From Klebsiella phage PWKp9S, in the sequence record MZ634344.1: a DNA stretch of 32,000 nt. One strand, given 5' to 3'. Below, piece after piece: positions 17,501 to 26,200 of the stretch. The position numbers were made by a program, and so were the translations under genes. Each line of letters begins with the position of its first letter. The first letter of the stretch is position 1. Under the pieces are notes generated by a model. That model was not told the DNA's origin. It saw nothing but the letters and a program-made list of their open reading frames with translations, and did not search any database.

Positions 17501-19669
17501 TTTACACAACAGACTGCAGATATGCGTAGACAGGCGTATATGTTACAGCAGGAGTTAGCAGATTCTGCGGGAGCTATCCAAAAATGGAAAGACGCTAGGG
17601 ACTCCGCTCTATCTAAGGCTCAGAAAGAAAACCCAGAACTGGCGGGGAAACTTAACATAGGTCAGAACGTTGAAGCAAGTAATGGACTATACACCTTTGA
17701 CAACGCAGCATTAGACGGGGCAGTTGCTCTACGGAAGGAGTTCAATAATATAAAGAAAACTTCCGGAGATCTGAGCAACGATATCCAGAACTTTGCACAG
17801 GACTCTAATACTGCGTCTAGAGCTACTGCAGCACTGGGTGATGCACTTAAGGCGGTTGAGTCATTGGCGGGTGGGTCTACGGAAAAAGCCAATCAAATGA
17901 CCAAGGACCTTAATTTGGGCTATTCCACCGTAACCGAGATGAACACTGCGTATAAAGCCATGTCTAACTATCAGAAGATAGTGAATGATGAGGCTAAGTC
18001 TAAGCTAGATGTTGAGAAACGTATAGCGGAGGTCTACGCTGCCACTCGTAATAAGGATAAGGCGGAAGAAGCGGGTAGAGCCCTAGAAATGCAGCAACTT
18101 AGCGCGAAAAAAGAGGCATTGAAAGCTGTACTGGCGACGAACAAGGACAACAAGGCGATTCAAAAAGAGCTGACCCTGTTAGAGACGGAAGAGCTCAAAG
18201 TGAAGAATCAGGGTATGGAAGCGACTAAAAAGGAGAAATTCTATAAGGATAAGATAGTAGGTATAGATCGAGAAATCGCACTCTTAAATAATCGCACTAT
18301 GACAGATTCTCAGTATAACGTGGCGAACCTTAAATTAAATCTACAAGTAGAGAAAGATAGGTTAGCCTTACTGAAGACTCAGGCAGATAAGGAGAAGGAA
18401 GCCGAACAGTCTAGACGTAACATTGCCTCGATTGAAAGGGAAATCTGGAAAGAGCAGCTTGACCGTAACGCCAAAACTGCTGAGATGCGTAAAGAAGAAT
18501 TCGAGCGTAATCAAAGCATGAAGCCTCTAATGGGAGAGTCGCAGAAAATGCAGGAGCAGCTAGCGTTCTACCAAGAAATGAAGGAATTCACGAAAGGTAA
18601 CGCTGATGAACAGGCGCGTTGGAGCAAGGAAATTGCCAACACTACTGCGCAAATGGCGGCTCTCAAAGCTCAGCGTACTGCACAGATGATGGATCGCGTA
18701 GGACAGTCCTTGGGCGCAGACTATACGCCTACTACTGGCCTGGAGGGGGAGGATAAAAAATTTGCCGACATGGAAAACCAGATGGCGTCATACGATACGG
18801 CTATCGGTAAGCTCTCTCAGCTAAACTCGGAGGCTACTGCTACTGCTCAAAGTATGGGGAACTTAGCTAACGCTATGATCCAGTTCTCTCAAGGATCTCT
18901 GGATACTACGTCCATGATTGCAGCGGGCATGCAGACAGTTAGCCAGATGATCAGCTACGGTACTAACCAGCAGATTTCAGCTATTGATGCAGCTATCGCG
19001 GCGGAGCAGAAGCGTGACGGTAAATCTGAGCAGTCTAAGAACAAGATCAAGAAGATGGAAGCGGAGAAGATTAAACTTCAGCAGGAATCTGCTAAGAAGC
19101 AAATCATCATCCAGACAGCAGTAGCGGTAATGCAGGCAGCAACAGCTGTTCCGTATCCGTTCTCTATCCCTCTGATGATTGCGGCAGGGCTTGCAGGTGC
19201 TTTATCTCTAGCGCAGGCATCTAGTGCTACTGGAATGACAGATATAGCAGGGTCTGGAGGTGAAACTGCTTCTTATCTGACCTTAGGTGAGCGCCAGAAG
19301 AACGTAGACGTTAGCATGGGCGCAAACGCAGGTGAGCTGTCCTACGTTCGAGGTGATAAAGGTATAGGTAGTGCTAACGGATTTATTCCTCGTGCAGAGG
19401 GTGGTAATACCTATCCAGGTGTCTCCTATAAGATGGGTGAACACGGTACGGAAGTTGCAACTCCTATGGTGCCTACCAAAGTAACTCCAGCGGATAAAGT
19501 AGCTTCTGAAACTTCTTCTGGCGGTGCTAGAAGACCGGTTAATCTGAATATCCAGGCAATGGATGCTAAGAGCTTTATGGAGTACGCATTGGAAAACCCT
19601 GCGGCATTCCAGGCAGCTGTAGAGTTAGCCTTGAATGAACAAGGGCTGAGCTTAAAGAACCTGAATTAA
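14591..19669 (+). CDS. Tape measure protein (T5 pb2-like)
   Basis: Very long ORF (1692 aa from ATG 14591; 1696 aa from TTG 14579), Ala/Ser/Lys coiled-coil repeats, phage-min-tail-like FGSIVGAKTGTPIQSLAVALQEATG...LGVTIRLNDAYAEY, hydrophobic segment VAVMQAATAVPYPFSIPLMIAAGLAGALSLA. Confidence 0.93.
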   Translation: MTDRLIRELLVDIKQRGGSKAAKQIRDVEAALDGAAQSSEGLNTSLGKLPGSFTALERSVSRTAKSLEKLSSTTSITALAASIGMLSGKFTSFEVDLAKSVLKINANLNGVTSAANKMASGFDTAATSSVADLNRVNKALQELDAHASSVAKVLQTLKAGAGLESISSSAAKASTDLSHLVSGVEKIGNQLARMAEQAVQAGRSLQGLKADSLGAAGEHLSKAASGISVAVSSMGEEVNKLNKLLLELSVKADLASKSIANIAPGTKLNSLGTEIQKINTSLATAANTSVAEISKIKAALTSLVSSTATAAASMKTVGTGSGLSKLISEISTATSASTSDISKVTAALKQLNVDATAAGKALQSIKAGANLSSVPTVVGKIGTSMTQLRAQLEGSVTGIEKSLNDLSRAFATMGGTGNLNPLGNSIRGMIPSLTQLAKAAVQVNSALSKIQAGRGVLQLPTQFKAVTASLNALETKLASTSQILERGFSKGFQDMASKSTSSSTRMINNFQKVVPELNAIEAAAIRSAAAIDKLIAKRIRLGQAGGGGNPAAFNMGALVAEMNRIVTSIEAMGNKMNTTMADMARSTDKVSDKLTDLNSGVRDVNTGLGGLNSTLTGTGSAANRASRALGNTSGSARGATRNFAALAMVTGPMPLIYGAIASNVYVLKAAFDQLKLGDQLNRLEQFGSIVGAKTGTPIQSLAVALQEATGHAVSFEEAMRQASTAAAYGFDAKQISEFALVARRAAATLGVDMTDALNRVIKGVSKQEIELLDELGVTIRLNDAYAEYVKILNAANTGITYNIQGLTSFQKQQAYANAVVAESTKRFGYLDEVLRATPWEQFAANADSALRKVQQAAAKYLGPVIASINAAFYTSKASVSAEAATAQQESIKQMDGKDSNAVVMNLEASQKGLDDAVKAKEEVKNKLAALNKEIMDREAKMDMSTALATAANYSGFGNLLTLGASKANKEFTQQTADMRRQAYMLQQELADSAGAIQKWKDARDSALSKAQKENPELAGKLNIGQNVEASNGLYTFDNAALDGAVALRKEFNNIKKTSGDLSNDIQNFAQDSNTASRATAALGDALKAVESLAGGSTEKANQMTKDLNLGYSTVTEMNTAYKAMSNYQKIVNDEAKSKLDVEKRIAEVYAATRNKDKAEEAGRALEMQQLSAKKEALKAVLATNKDNKAIQKELTLLETEELKVKNQGMEATKKEKFYKDKIVGIDREIALLNNRTMTDSQYNVANLKLNLQVEKDRLALLKTQADKEKEAEQSRRNIASIEREIWKEQLDRNAKTAEMRKEEFERNQSMKPLMGESQKMQEQLAFYQEMKEFTKGNADEQARWSKEIANTTAQMAALKAQRTAQMMDRVGQSLGADYTPTTGLEGEDKKFADMENQMASYDTAIGKLSQLNSEATATAQSMGNLANAMIQFSQGSLDTTSMIAAGMQTVSQMISYGTNQQISAIDAAIAAEQKRDGKSEQSKNKIKKMEAEKIKLQQESAKKQIIIQTAVAVMQAATAVPYPFSIPLMIAAGLAGALSLAQASSATGMTDIAGSGGETASYLTLGERQKNVDVSMGANAGELSYVRGDKGIGSANGFIPRAEGGNTYPGVSYKMGEHGTEVATPMVPTKVTPADKVASETSSGGARRPVNLNIQAMDAKSFMEYALENPAAFQAAVELALNEQGLSLKNLN

Positions 19670-19677
19670 CTAAACTA

Positions 19678-19709
19678 AAGGGAGGACGTAATTGTCCTCC
19701 CTTCTTTTT
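19678..19709 (+). terminator. Rho-independent terminator after tape measure gene
   Basis: AAGGGAGGAC (19678-19687) / GTCCTCCCTT (19694-19703) followed by CTTTTT. Confidence 0.88.
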
Positions 19710-19727
19710 GGAATTTATAAAATTATC

Positions 19728-19756
19728 TTGAAAATTTTTCTTGATATGACTATAAT
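19728..19756 (+). promoter_or_regulatory. Candidate strong promoter for the baseplate/fibre operon
   Basis: TTGAAA (19728-19733), 17-bp spacer, TATAAT (19751-19756), then SD GAGAGGAG before ATG 19784. Confidence 0.75.
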
Positions 19757-19783
19757 ATTAACATTGAGAGGAGAAAACAAAAC

Positions 19784-20398
19784 ATGAGATTACCAGATCC
19801 CTTTACACATCCTCAGTATAACGGCCTTGGGTTTGATAAAGCTACACTGATCGATAACGATCCGATGATCAGAGACGAGCTTCCAAACGGCAAGGTTAAC
19901 GAAGTTAAAACAGCCACTCAGTACTGGGGTCTTAACATTAGTTATCCTGTGATGTTTCCCGATGAGTATGCTGTACTTTCGTCAGCAATTCTAGAGTATA
20001 AGCGTACCAGAGGCTATCTCGACGTTATACTCCCACATTACGAGTCTTACCGAGTAAGAGGGGATGCGAACAACTGTCGCATTGCCGCTGGACAAAAAGG
20101 CTCCACACTGGTTATCACCAATACGAATTCCTTATCTGGAGAACCTAAGCCAGGTGATTTATTCCAGTTAACCACACATCCAAAGGTGTATAAGATTACA
20201 TCTTTTAAAAACGTAGCAGGAGTATGGACACTTAATCTATACCCTGATCTGTTGCTCACTACCAACGGCTCCGAGAGACCACGTTTCAATGGGATTCTTT
20301 TCCAAACTAAATTAATGAACGGAGATTCATTCAGCGAAGAGATCACAGTTGACGGTGTATATGACGGGGTTAACCTAGTTCTGAGAGAAAGTCTATGA
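19784..20398 (+). CDS. Distal tail protein (Dit, T5 pb9-like)
   Basis: 204 aa, size and position as T5 pb9 between tape measure and pb3. Confidence 0.8.
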   Translation: MRLPDPFTHPQYNGLGFDKATLIDNDPMIRDELPNGKVNEVKTATQYWGLNISYPVMFPDEYAVLSSAILEYKRTRGYLDVILPHYESYRVRGDANNCRIAAGQKGSTLVITNTNSLSGEPKPGDLFQLTTHPKVYKITSFKNVAGVWTLNLYPDLLLTTNGSERPRFNGILFQTKLMNGDSFSEEITVDGVYDGVNLVLRESL

Positions 20399-23241
20399 GA
20401 CAGATCCTTCCTTCTGCGAAAGCCTACCTTGCCAACAATGACAAGATACGATTAGCGTATCTTGTCTCTATCGAACTCCCGGGGTCCACGGGTAATAACG
20501 CTGTTTATGCTTATATGACGGACTATATGAGAGATATCAACTATGGTGGTATACTCTTCCAATCAGGGAAAATTAAAACAATTAGCAGTCACAAACAAAA
20601 CCGTACGTTAACCGTCGGCAGTTTGAGCTTCAGTGTTACTGGTACGGATGCCAACGAAGTCATTAAGCTCGTGCAAAGTGGTGTATCATTTTTAGATCGC
20701 TCTATTTCTATATATCAGGCGATCATCGACGACAATGGGGAAATCCTTCCAGTGGACCCAGATACTAATGGCCCCTTACTCTTCTTTAGGGGTAAGATTG
20801 TGGGTGGTGGTATTAAAGAAAGTAATACAGTATCCGGAGTTGGTACTTCTGTTATAACTTGGAACTGTTCTAACGAATTCTATGATTTTGAGCGGGTTGC
20901 TGGACGCTTCACAGATGATGCCTCCCACCGAGGGCTTGAGATTGTAAACGGAGAATTACTACCTTCCCATGGTGCCAAACGACCGGAATACCAAGAAGAC
21001 TATGGATTCTTCCACGCCAACAAGAGCGTTAACTTCCTAGCTAAATATCAAGTAAAAGAAGAACGATACAAGCTAGAATCTAAAAAGAAATTATTCGGTC
21101 TCTCCAAGAGCTACAGCCTTAAAAAGTATTATGAGACTGTTACTAAAGAAGTGGATCTGGACTTCAACCTTGCAGCTAAATTTATTCCTGTAGTATATGG
21201 TACTCAAAAAGTTCCTGGTATCCCGGTTTTCGCGGATACAGAGAGAAACAATCCAAACGTTGTGTACGTGGTTTACGCGTTCTGTGAGGGTGAGATTGAA
21301 GGGTTCCTCGACTTCCAGTTTGGGGACGCCCCTATGATCTGTACTGATCAAACTGACAGTACCTCTCGTACATGCTTTGGACAAAAAAGAGTATCGGGAG
21401 ATACTATGGCAAGAATCTCCACAGGACTTCCATCAACATCTCTCTCAGAGCATGGTCAAGAATACAAGTACAATGACGGTAATGGGGATATACGAATCTG
21501 GACATTCCACGGTAAGCCAGACCAGACGGTAGCTACGGTACTAAGAGACATTGCTGCTGCTAACAATTTCTTCCTACAAGGAGAAAACGGTAATGGACCC
21601 GAGTACTGGGATTCTAGATACAAGCTATTAGACACCGCATATGCTGTCATACGTTTCACTATCACGGAGAACAGAACTGATATTCCTGAAGTATCCGCAG
21701 AATTAAGCGGACGCAAAGTGAAAGTATACCAGGTAGACGGTTCTGTTAAAATGGATAAAACGAGTCAGAATGGTGTGTGGCAAACATTTGACTACCTAAC
21801 CTCCACTACCTTTGGTGCAAGTATCCCGATAGACAGAATGGTGATTGGTGACTGGAGAAAAGAGGCCGATCTATTAAACATTATAGACACCTCTTATCAA
21901 ACTAGTTGGCAACCTTTCTGGAGATACGTTGGATGGGAGAGCTGGACAGCCGAAAATAGACAAATAATGCAAATGAACACAATCCTGGATAACTCCAACT
22001 CTGTGTTCAAAAACGTGCAGGAACTATTAGAATCCTTCCAGGGGGCGTTGAATAACCTATCAGGTATCTTCCGCATCACCGTAGAGAAAGATTCAAAAAC
22101 TCCGCTAGAACTTAATTTCCTAGATACTTATGGGGACCTGGATCTATCAGATACTACAGGCCGTAATAAGTACAACTCAGTTCAGGCATCTCTGATTGAT
22201 CCTACCCTGAACTGGAAAACCAACTCTATAACGTTCTATAATTCTAAGTTTAAGAATGAAGATCGTGGAGTTGACAAGAAACTTCAACTTTCTTTTGCTA
22301 ACATAACCAACTACTACACTGCTAGAAGCTTGGCAGATAGAGAGCTTAAGAAGTCTCGTTACTCTCGCTCTCTGAGTTTCTCTTTACCTTACAAATTCCT
22401 TGGTATAGAACCTAACGATCCTGTAGTATTCACCTACGATCGTTATGGCTGGAATAGGAAGTTCTTCCTAGTAGATGAGGTGGAGAACACAAGAGATGGT
22501 AAGATAAACGTAACTCTTCAGGAGTATGGTGAAGATGTATTTATTAACTCAACGCAGGTGGATAACAGTAGCGAGGCCGTTCCTGAAATATCCAATAACG
22601 TCCTGCCGCCAAGAGACTTTAAGTACACTCCCACACCAGGTGGAATGGTAGGTGATGTTGGCAAAAACGGAGAGCTTTCATGGCTTCCTAGCCTGACACC
22701 TAACGTAGTCTATTACTCGATACGTAAATCGGACCGTGTGGATCCTTATATTGTGCAACAGACTGCTTTCACACCTAACGTTAGAATGTTCCAAGATATC
22801 GTGGGTGAGCCTGCTGGCCTGACTATTTTCGAGATCCGCGCCGTTGATATTAATGGTCGTCGTAGCTCTCCAGTAACAATTTCTGTAGATTTGAACTCAG
22901 CTAAAAACCTTAGTATGGTGGAAAACTTCCGAGTGCTTAACCTTGCCCCTGACCCTGCTGAATGGGTAGGACCTGACTTAGAGTTAGGATGGGATAAGCT
23001 ACAAGAAGAGGGGCTGATTTCAGGGATTTTCTACACGCTTGAAATAAGGGACAACACTAATAAACTGCTTAGATCCGCGAAGATCACCAGTTTATATAAC
23101 TACAGCTACCTGTTGGGCTACAATAAGCTCGACTACAAGGCCAACAACTCGAACACTTTGGGGATTTATAGAGCACTTCAGCCAAGAATTCAGGCGGAGG
23201 GACCAAAGGGCGAGAAGTCGGTTGCATGGGCATATATCTAA
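20395..23241 (+). CDS. Baseplate hub protein (T5 pb3-like)
   Basis: 948 aa, between Dit and pb4-like gene; size matches T5 pb3; C-terminal FNIII-like region (PRDFKYTPTPGGMVGDVGKNGELSWLPSLTPNVVYYSIRKS). Confidence 0.85.
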   Translation: MRQILPSAKAYLANNDKIRLAYLVSIELPGSTGNNAVYAYMTDYMRDINYGGILFQSGKIKTISSHKQNRTLTVGSLSFSVTGTDANEVIKLVQSGVSFLDRSISIYQAIIDDNGEILPVDPDTNGPLLFFRGKIVGGGIKESNTVSGVGTSVITWNCSNEFYDFERVAGRFTDDASHRGLEIVNGELLPSHGAKRPEYQEDYGFFHANKSVNFLAKYQVKEERYKLESKKKLFGLSKSYSLKKYYETVTKEVDLDFNLAAKFIPVVYGTQKVPGIPVFADTERNNPNVVYVVYAFCEGEIEGFLDFQFGDAPMICTDQTDSTSRTCFGQKRVSGDTMARISTGLPSTSLSEHGQEYKYNDGNGDIRIWTFHGKPDQTVATVLRDIAAANNFFLQGENGNGPEYWDSRYKLLDTAYAVIRFTITENRTDIPEVSAELSGRKVKVYQVDGSVKMDKTSQNGVWQTFDYLTSTTFGASIPIDRMVIGDWRKEADLLNIIDTSYQTSWQPFWRYVGWESWTAENRQIMQMNTILDNSNSVFKNVQELLESFQGALNNLSGIFRITVEKDSKTPLELNFLDTYGDLDLSDTTGRNKYNSVQASLIDPTLNWKTNSITFYNSKFKNEDRGVDKKLQLSFANITNYYTARSLADRELKKSRYSRSLSFSLPYKFLGIEPNDPVVFTYDRYGWNRKFFLVDEVENTRDGKINVTLQEYGEDVFINSTQVDNSSEAVPEISNNVLPPRDFKYTPTPGGMVGDVGKNGELSWLPSLTPNVVYYSIRKSDRVDPYIVQQTAFTPNVRMFQDIVGEPAGLTIFEIRAVDINGRRSSPVTISVDLNSAKNLSMVENFRVLNLAPDPAEWVGPDLELGWDKLQEEGLISGIFYTLEIRDNTNKLLRSAKITSLYNYSYLLGYNKLDYKANNSNTLGIYRALQPRIQAEGPKGEKSVAWAYI

Positions 23242-26200
23242 ATGATTTCAAACATAGCACCAGCTAAAATGGTACTGCAGAATATCGTGACCGGTTATAC
23301 GATTGCGAGTATTCAGCACTCAATCTTTTCCGATTACGACGTAATTGGTAGAACTTTCTGGCTAACTACGGGTGGAGTAACTACCCGTAGGGACTTTACC
23401 GGCGTTGATACATTCATTGCCACAATTAACAATCTAATCGCTGGCGCTACCTACTCTGCCCAGGGTGCTTTCTATGACTCGATGGTTGATGCAGAGCTGA
23501 TGGCTGCTAAAGTAGGTATGAACCTCTCTAGCACCGTTAACTTCAAGATGAAAACTGCTCCGAAGATCACTAAGGTGTCTTCTTTTGCAGAATCTGTTGA
23601 CGTGGGTGTTGGTGCTCCTATGGTTGTCGTAGAGCTTTCTGGTGAGGCCGAATACGTTACCATCGAGATGAAACCTGAGGGTTCTAGTACCTGGACTAAG
23701 TACTACCGCGGGCCTATCACTGAGCAGATCATCTTTGGAGGTGTTCCGGTCGGCAGATATAACATCCGCGTATCTGGTGTTGTTACTATGCCAGACGGTG
23801 TTACTGTGGACGTTTCTGGGTATGATACCTGGCCGTCTCTGTTTAACCTGACGTATAACTTTACTCCTCCGTCTGCTCCAACTAACCTGCGTTTCAAAAC
23901 TGCCCACATCCAAGATGGTATGGAGCGTTTTGACGTTCGTCTGGAATGGGATTGGACTCGTGGTGCGGGTGCTAACGTCCGTGAATTCATCATCCAATAT
24001 ATAAGTAACGATGAGTTTGCAAAAACTGGATGGACTAAGGCTAACAAGCTAAACGTGGGTGCAGCTAAAGCTGGTACTATCACTAGTTTCCCCTACAAGA
24101 TCCGCCACCGTTTCCGTGTGCTATCGGTTGCTTGGGGTCCTGATACTCAGTCTATAACTAACTCTACCGAGGTTACTTATATTATAGACGAGAGCACTAC
24201 TTTCGACAATGCATTCATTAACGAGACCGGTGTAGAGATGACCTACGCAGGTATCAAGGGTAAACTCTGGAACTCTAACACCAAACAGTGGGAGCAGACT
24301 TTCTTAGTAGATGCTGCTACTGGTGCAGTAGTTCTTGGTACACTAGATGAAAATGGTAAAGCGCCGATTTCATTCGACCCTGTTAATAAGATTGTAAACG
24401 TCGATGGTAAAGTTATTACTAAAGACATTAATGCTGCTAACGTAATTCTTACTAACCTGACTGGTAAAGACAACCCGGCAATCTTCACTCAGGGTAAGAA
24501 GTATGGTAACAATGCAGGTGGTGTCTGGATGGGTGTTGACAACGTTGACGGTAAGGCCAAATTTGACCTTGGTAATAACACTCAGTATGTGCGCTGGGAC
24601 GGTGATACTCTTCGCATTTCTGGTAACGTTGTAATAGGTACTCCTGGAGGCGATGTAGACCTTGAAACCGGTATGCAGGGTAAGCAGACTGTATTTGCTT
24701 ATAAACTTGGTACATCTCTGCCAAGTCGCCCGCTTGACCAAGTTTATCCGCCAACTGGATGGTCTGCATTCCCCCCTAACCGTACCGACCAGAACCAGAA
24801 CGTTTACGTTGTTCAGGGTACTCTTGACCCTAAGAAAAATCCGCCTGCTCTAGTAGATGGCACCAACTACTCCGCCGCGTCTCAGTGGTCAGGTGTCCCA
24901 GGTACTGGTGGTACTGATGGTTCTAATGGGGACTACACTGTTCAGATTTACCAGATCAGTGCTAACAAGCCTACGAAGCCAGGTAATATCAATGACCCTA
25001 GTGGTTGGAGTCGCACCCCTCCTACTGGAACTCCTCTTTGGATGTGCTCTGGTAGATTCAACGGTAATACTAACGCCCTAACAGTAGAGGGCTGGTCAGA
25101 TCCGATCCGAGTGGACGGTGAGAAAGGTGCAACTGGTGCTACGGGGGCAACTGGTCCACAGGGTAGTAAAGGAGATACTGGTGCTACTGGCCCACAAGGA
25201 CCTCAGGGCCCTAAAGGTAACGCCGGGGATAATGCTAAAGGATTCGCGCTAACTTCTGACTACCAATCCTTCGTGTACGACACCGCGGGTGACATTAAAT
25301 CTGCCGCCACTATTTTGTTCAAGGGACTAAAACAGAATACCACTGCAGGTATCACGTGGAGTGCTGTAAACGATAAGGGTGCTGCTGTAACGCTGATGAA
25401 CTCTGGGGATAATCGCCAGCTAACCGCTGCGAACTTCGGCGCTTCTAAATGGGTTACTGTAACCGCTACTTGTGATGGTCTATCCGATCAGATCACAGTG
25501 GTTCGTTTGCAGGATGGTGAGAACGTATTGACTGCTGTTCTAACGAATGAAGCAGCTACGGTACTTTCTAACTACTCTGGTTACTGGCAGAGCCTAGAAA
25601 ACGCCAAAGGTCAGATGAGAGTTTGGTACGGAAGCACCGACGTTACCAGTCAGTGCACTTTCTCTGAGGGCGGAAGAAGCAACGCAACACCAAGCATCAA
25701 CTCAAGTAATGGAAACTACTCTGTTACTGACATGTCTAACGGAACGGATATTACGGAAGGCTGGGTTGATATTAAAGCTACTCACCCTAAATACGGAGCA
25801 ATTACCAAGCGCTTTGCAGTAACTAAAGTGTTCTTGGCCAAGAGCTATGAGATGCTTATTACCAGCACCTTCGAGAATGGTAAGAAGGGTTCGTGGGATG
25901 GGGCTGTGCAGGATGTTACGGGTCCAACCAACCAAAGCATTACCAAGGCGCTACGAATCACTTCTAGGGATACCTTAGAAGGTAAGAATACCATACCGGT
26001 AGTTCCTGGACAGAAAGTCCGTATCAGATTCTGGTACAATGCCGAAGGGTTGCAAGAAGCACACTTCCGGGCTGGGTTCATTATCCAACGTAATGCGGGT
26101 GGCAGGAGTTACCCATCTAGAACTATCCTTACGGGTCCTTCTTCCAACAACTCTTGGGTGTATTTTGACCAAGAGCTAACTCTAGGTACTAACGATGGGG

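Noticed and set aside
24370-24853. Minus-strand ORFs 24370-24741 and 24485-24769 and the + frame ORF 24662-24853
   Set aside because: All are inside the pb4-like reading frame and look like by-products of its composition.
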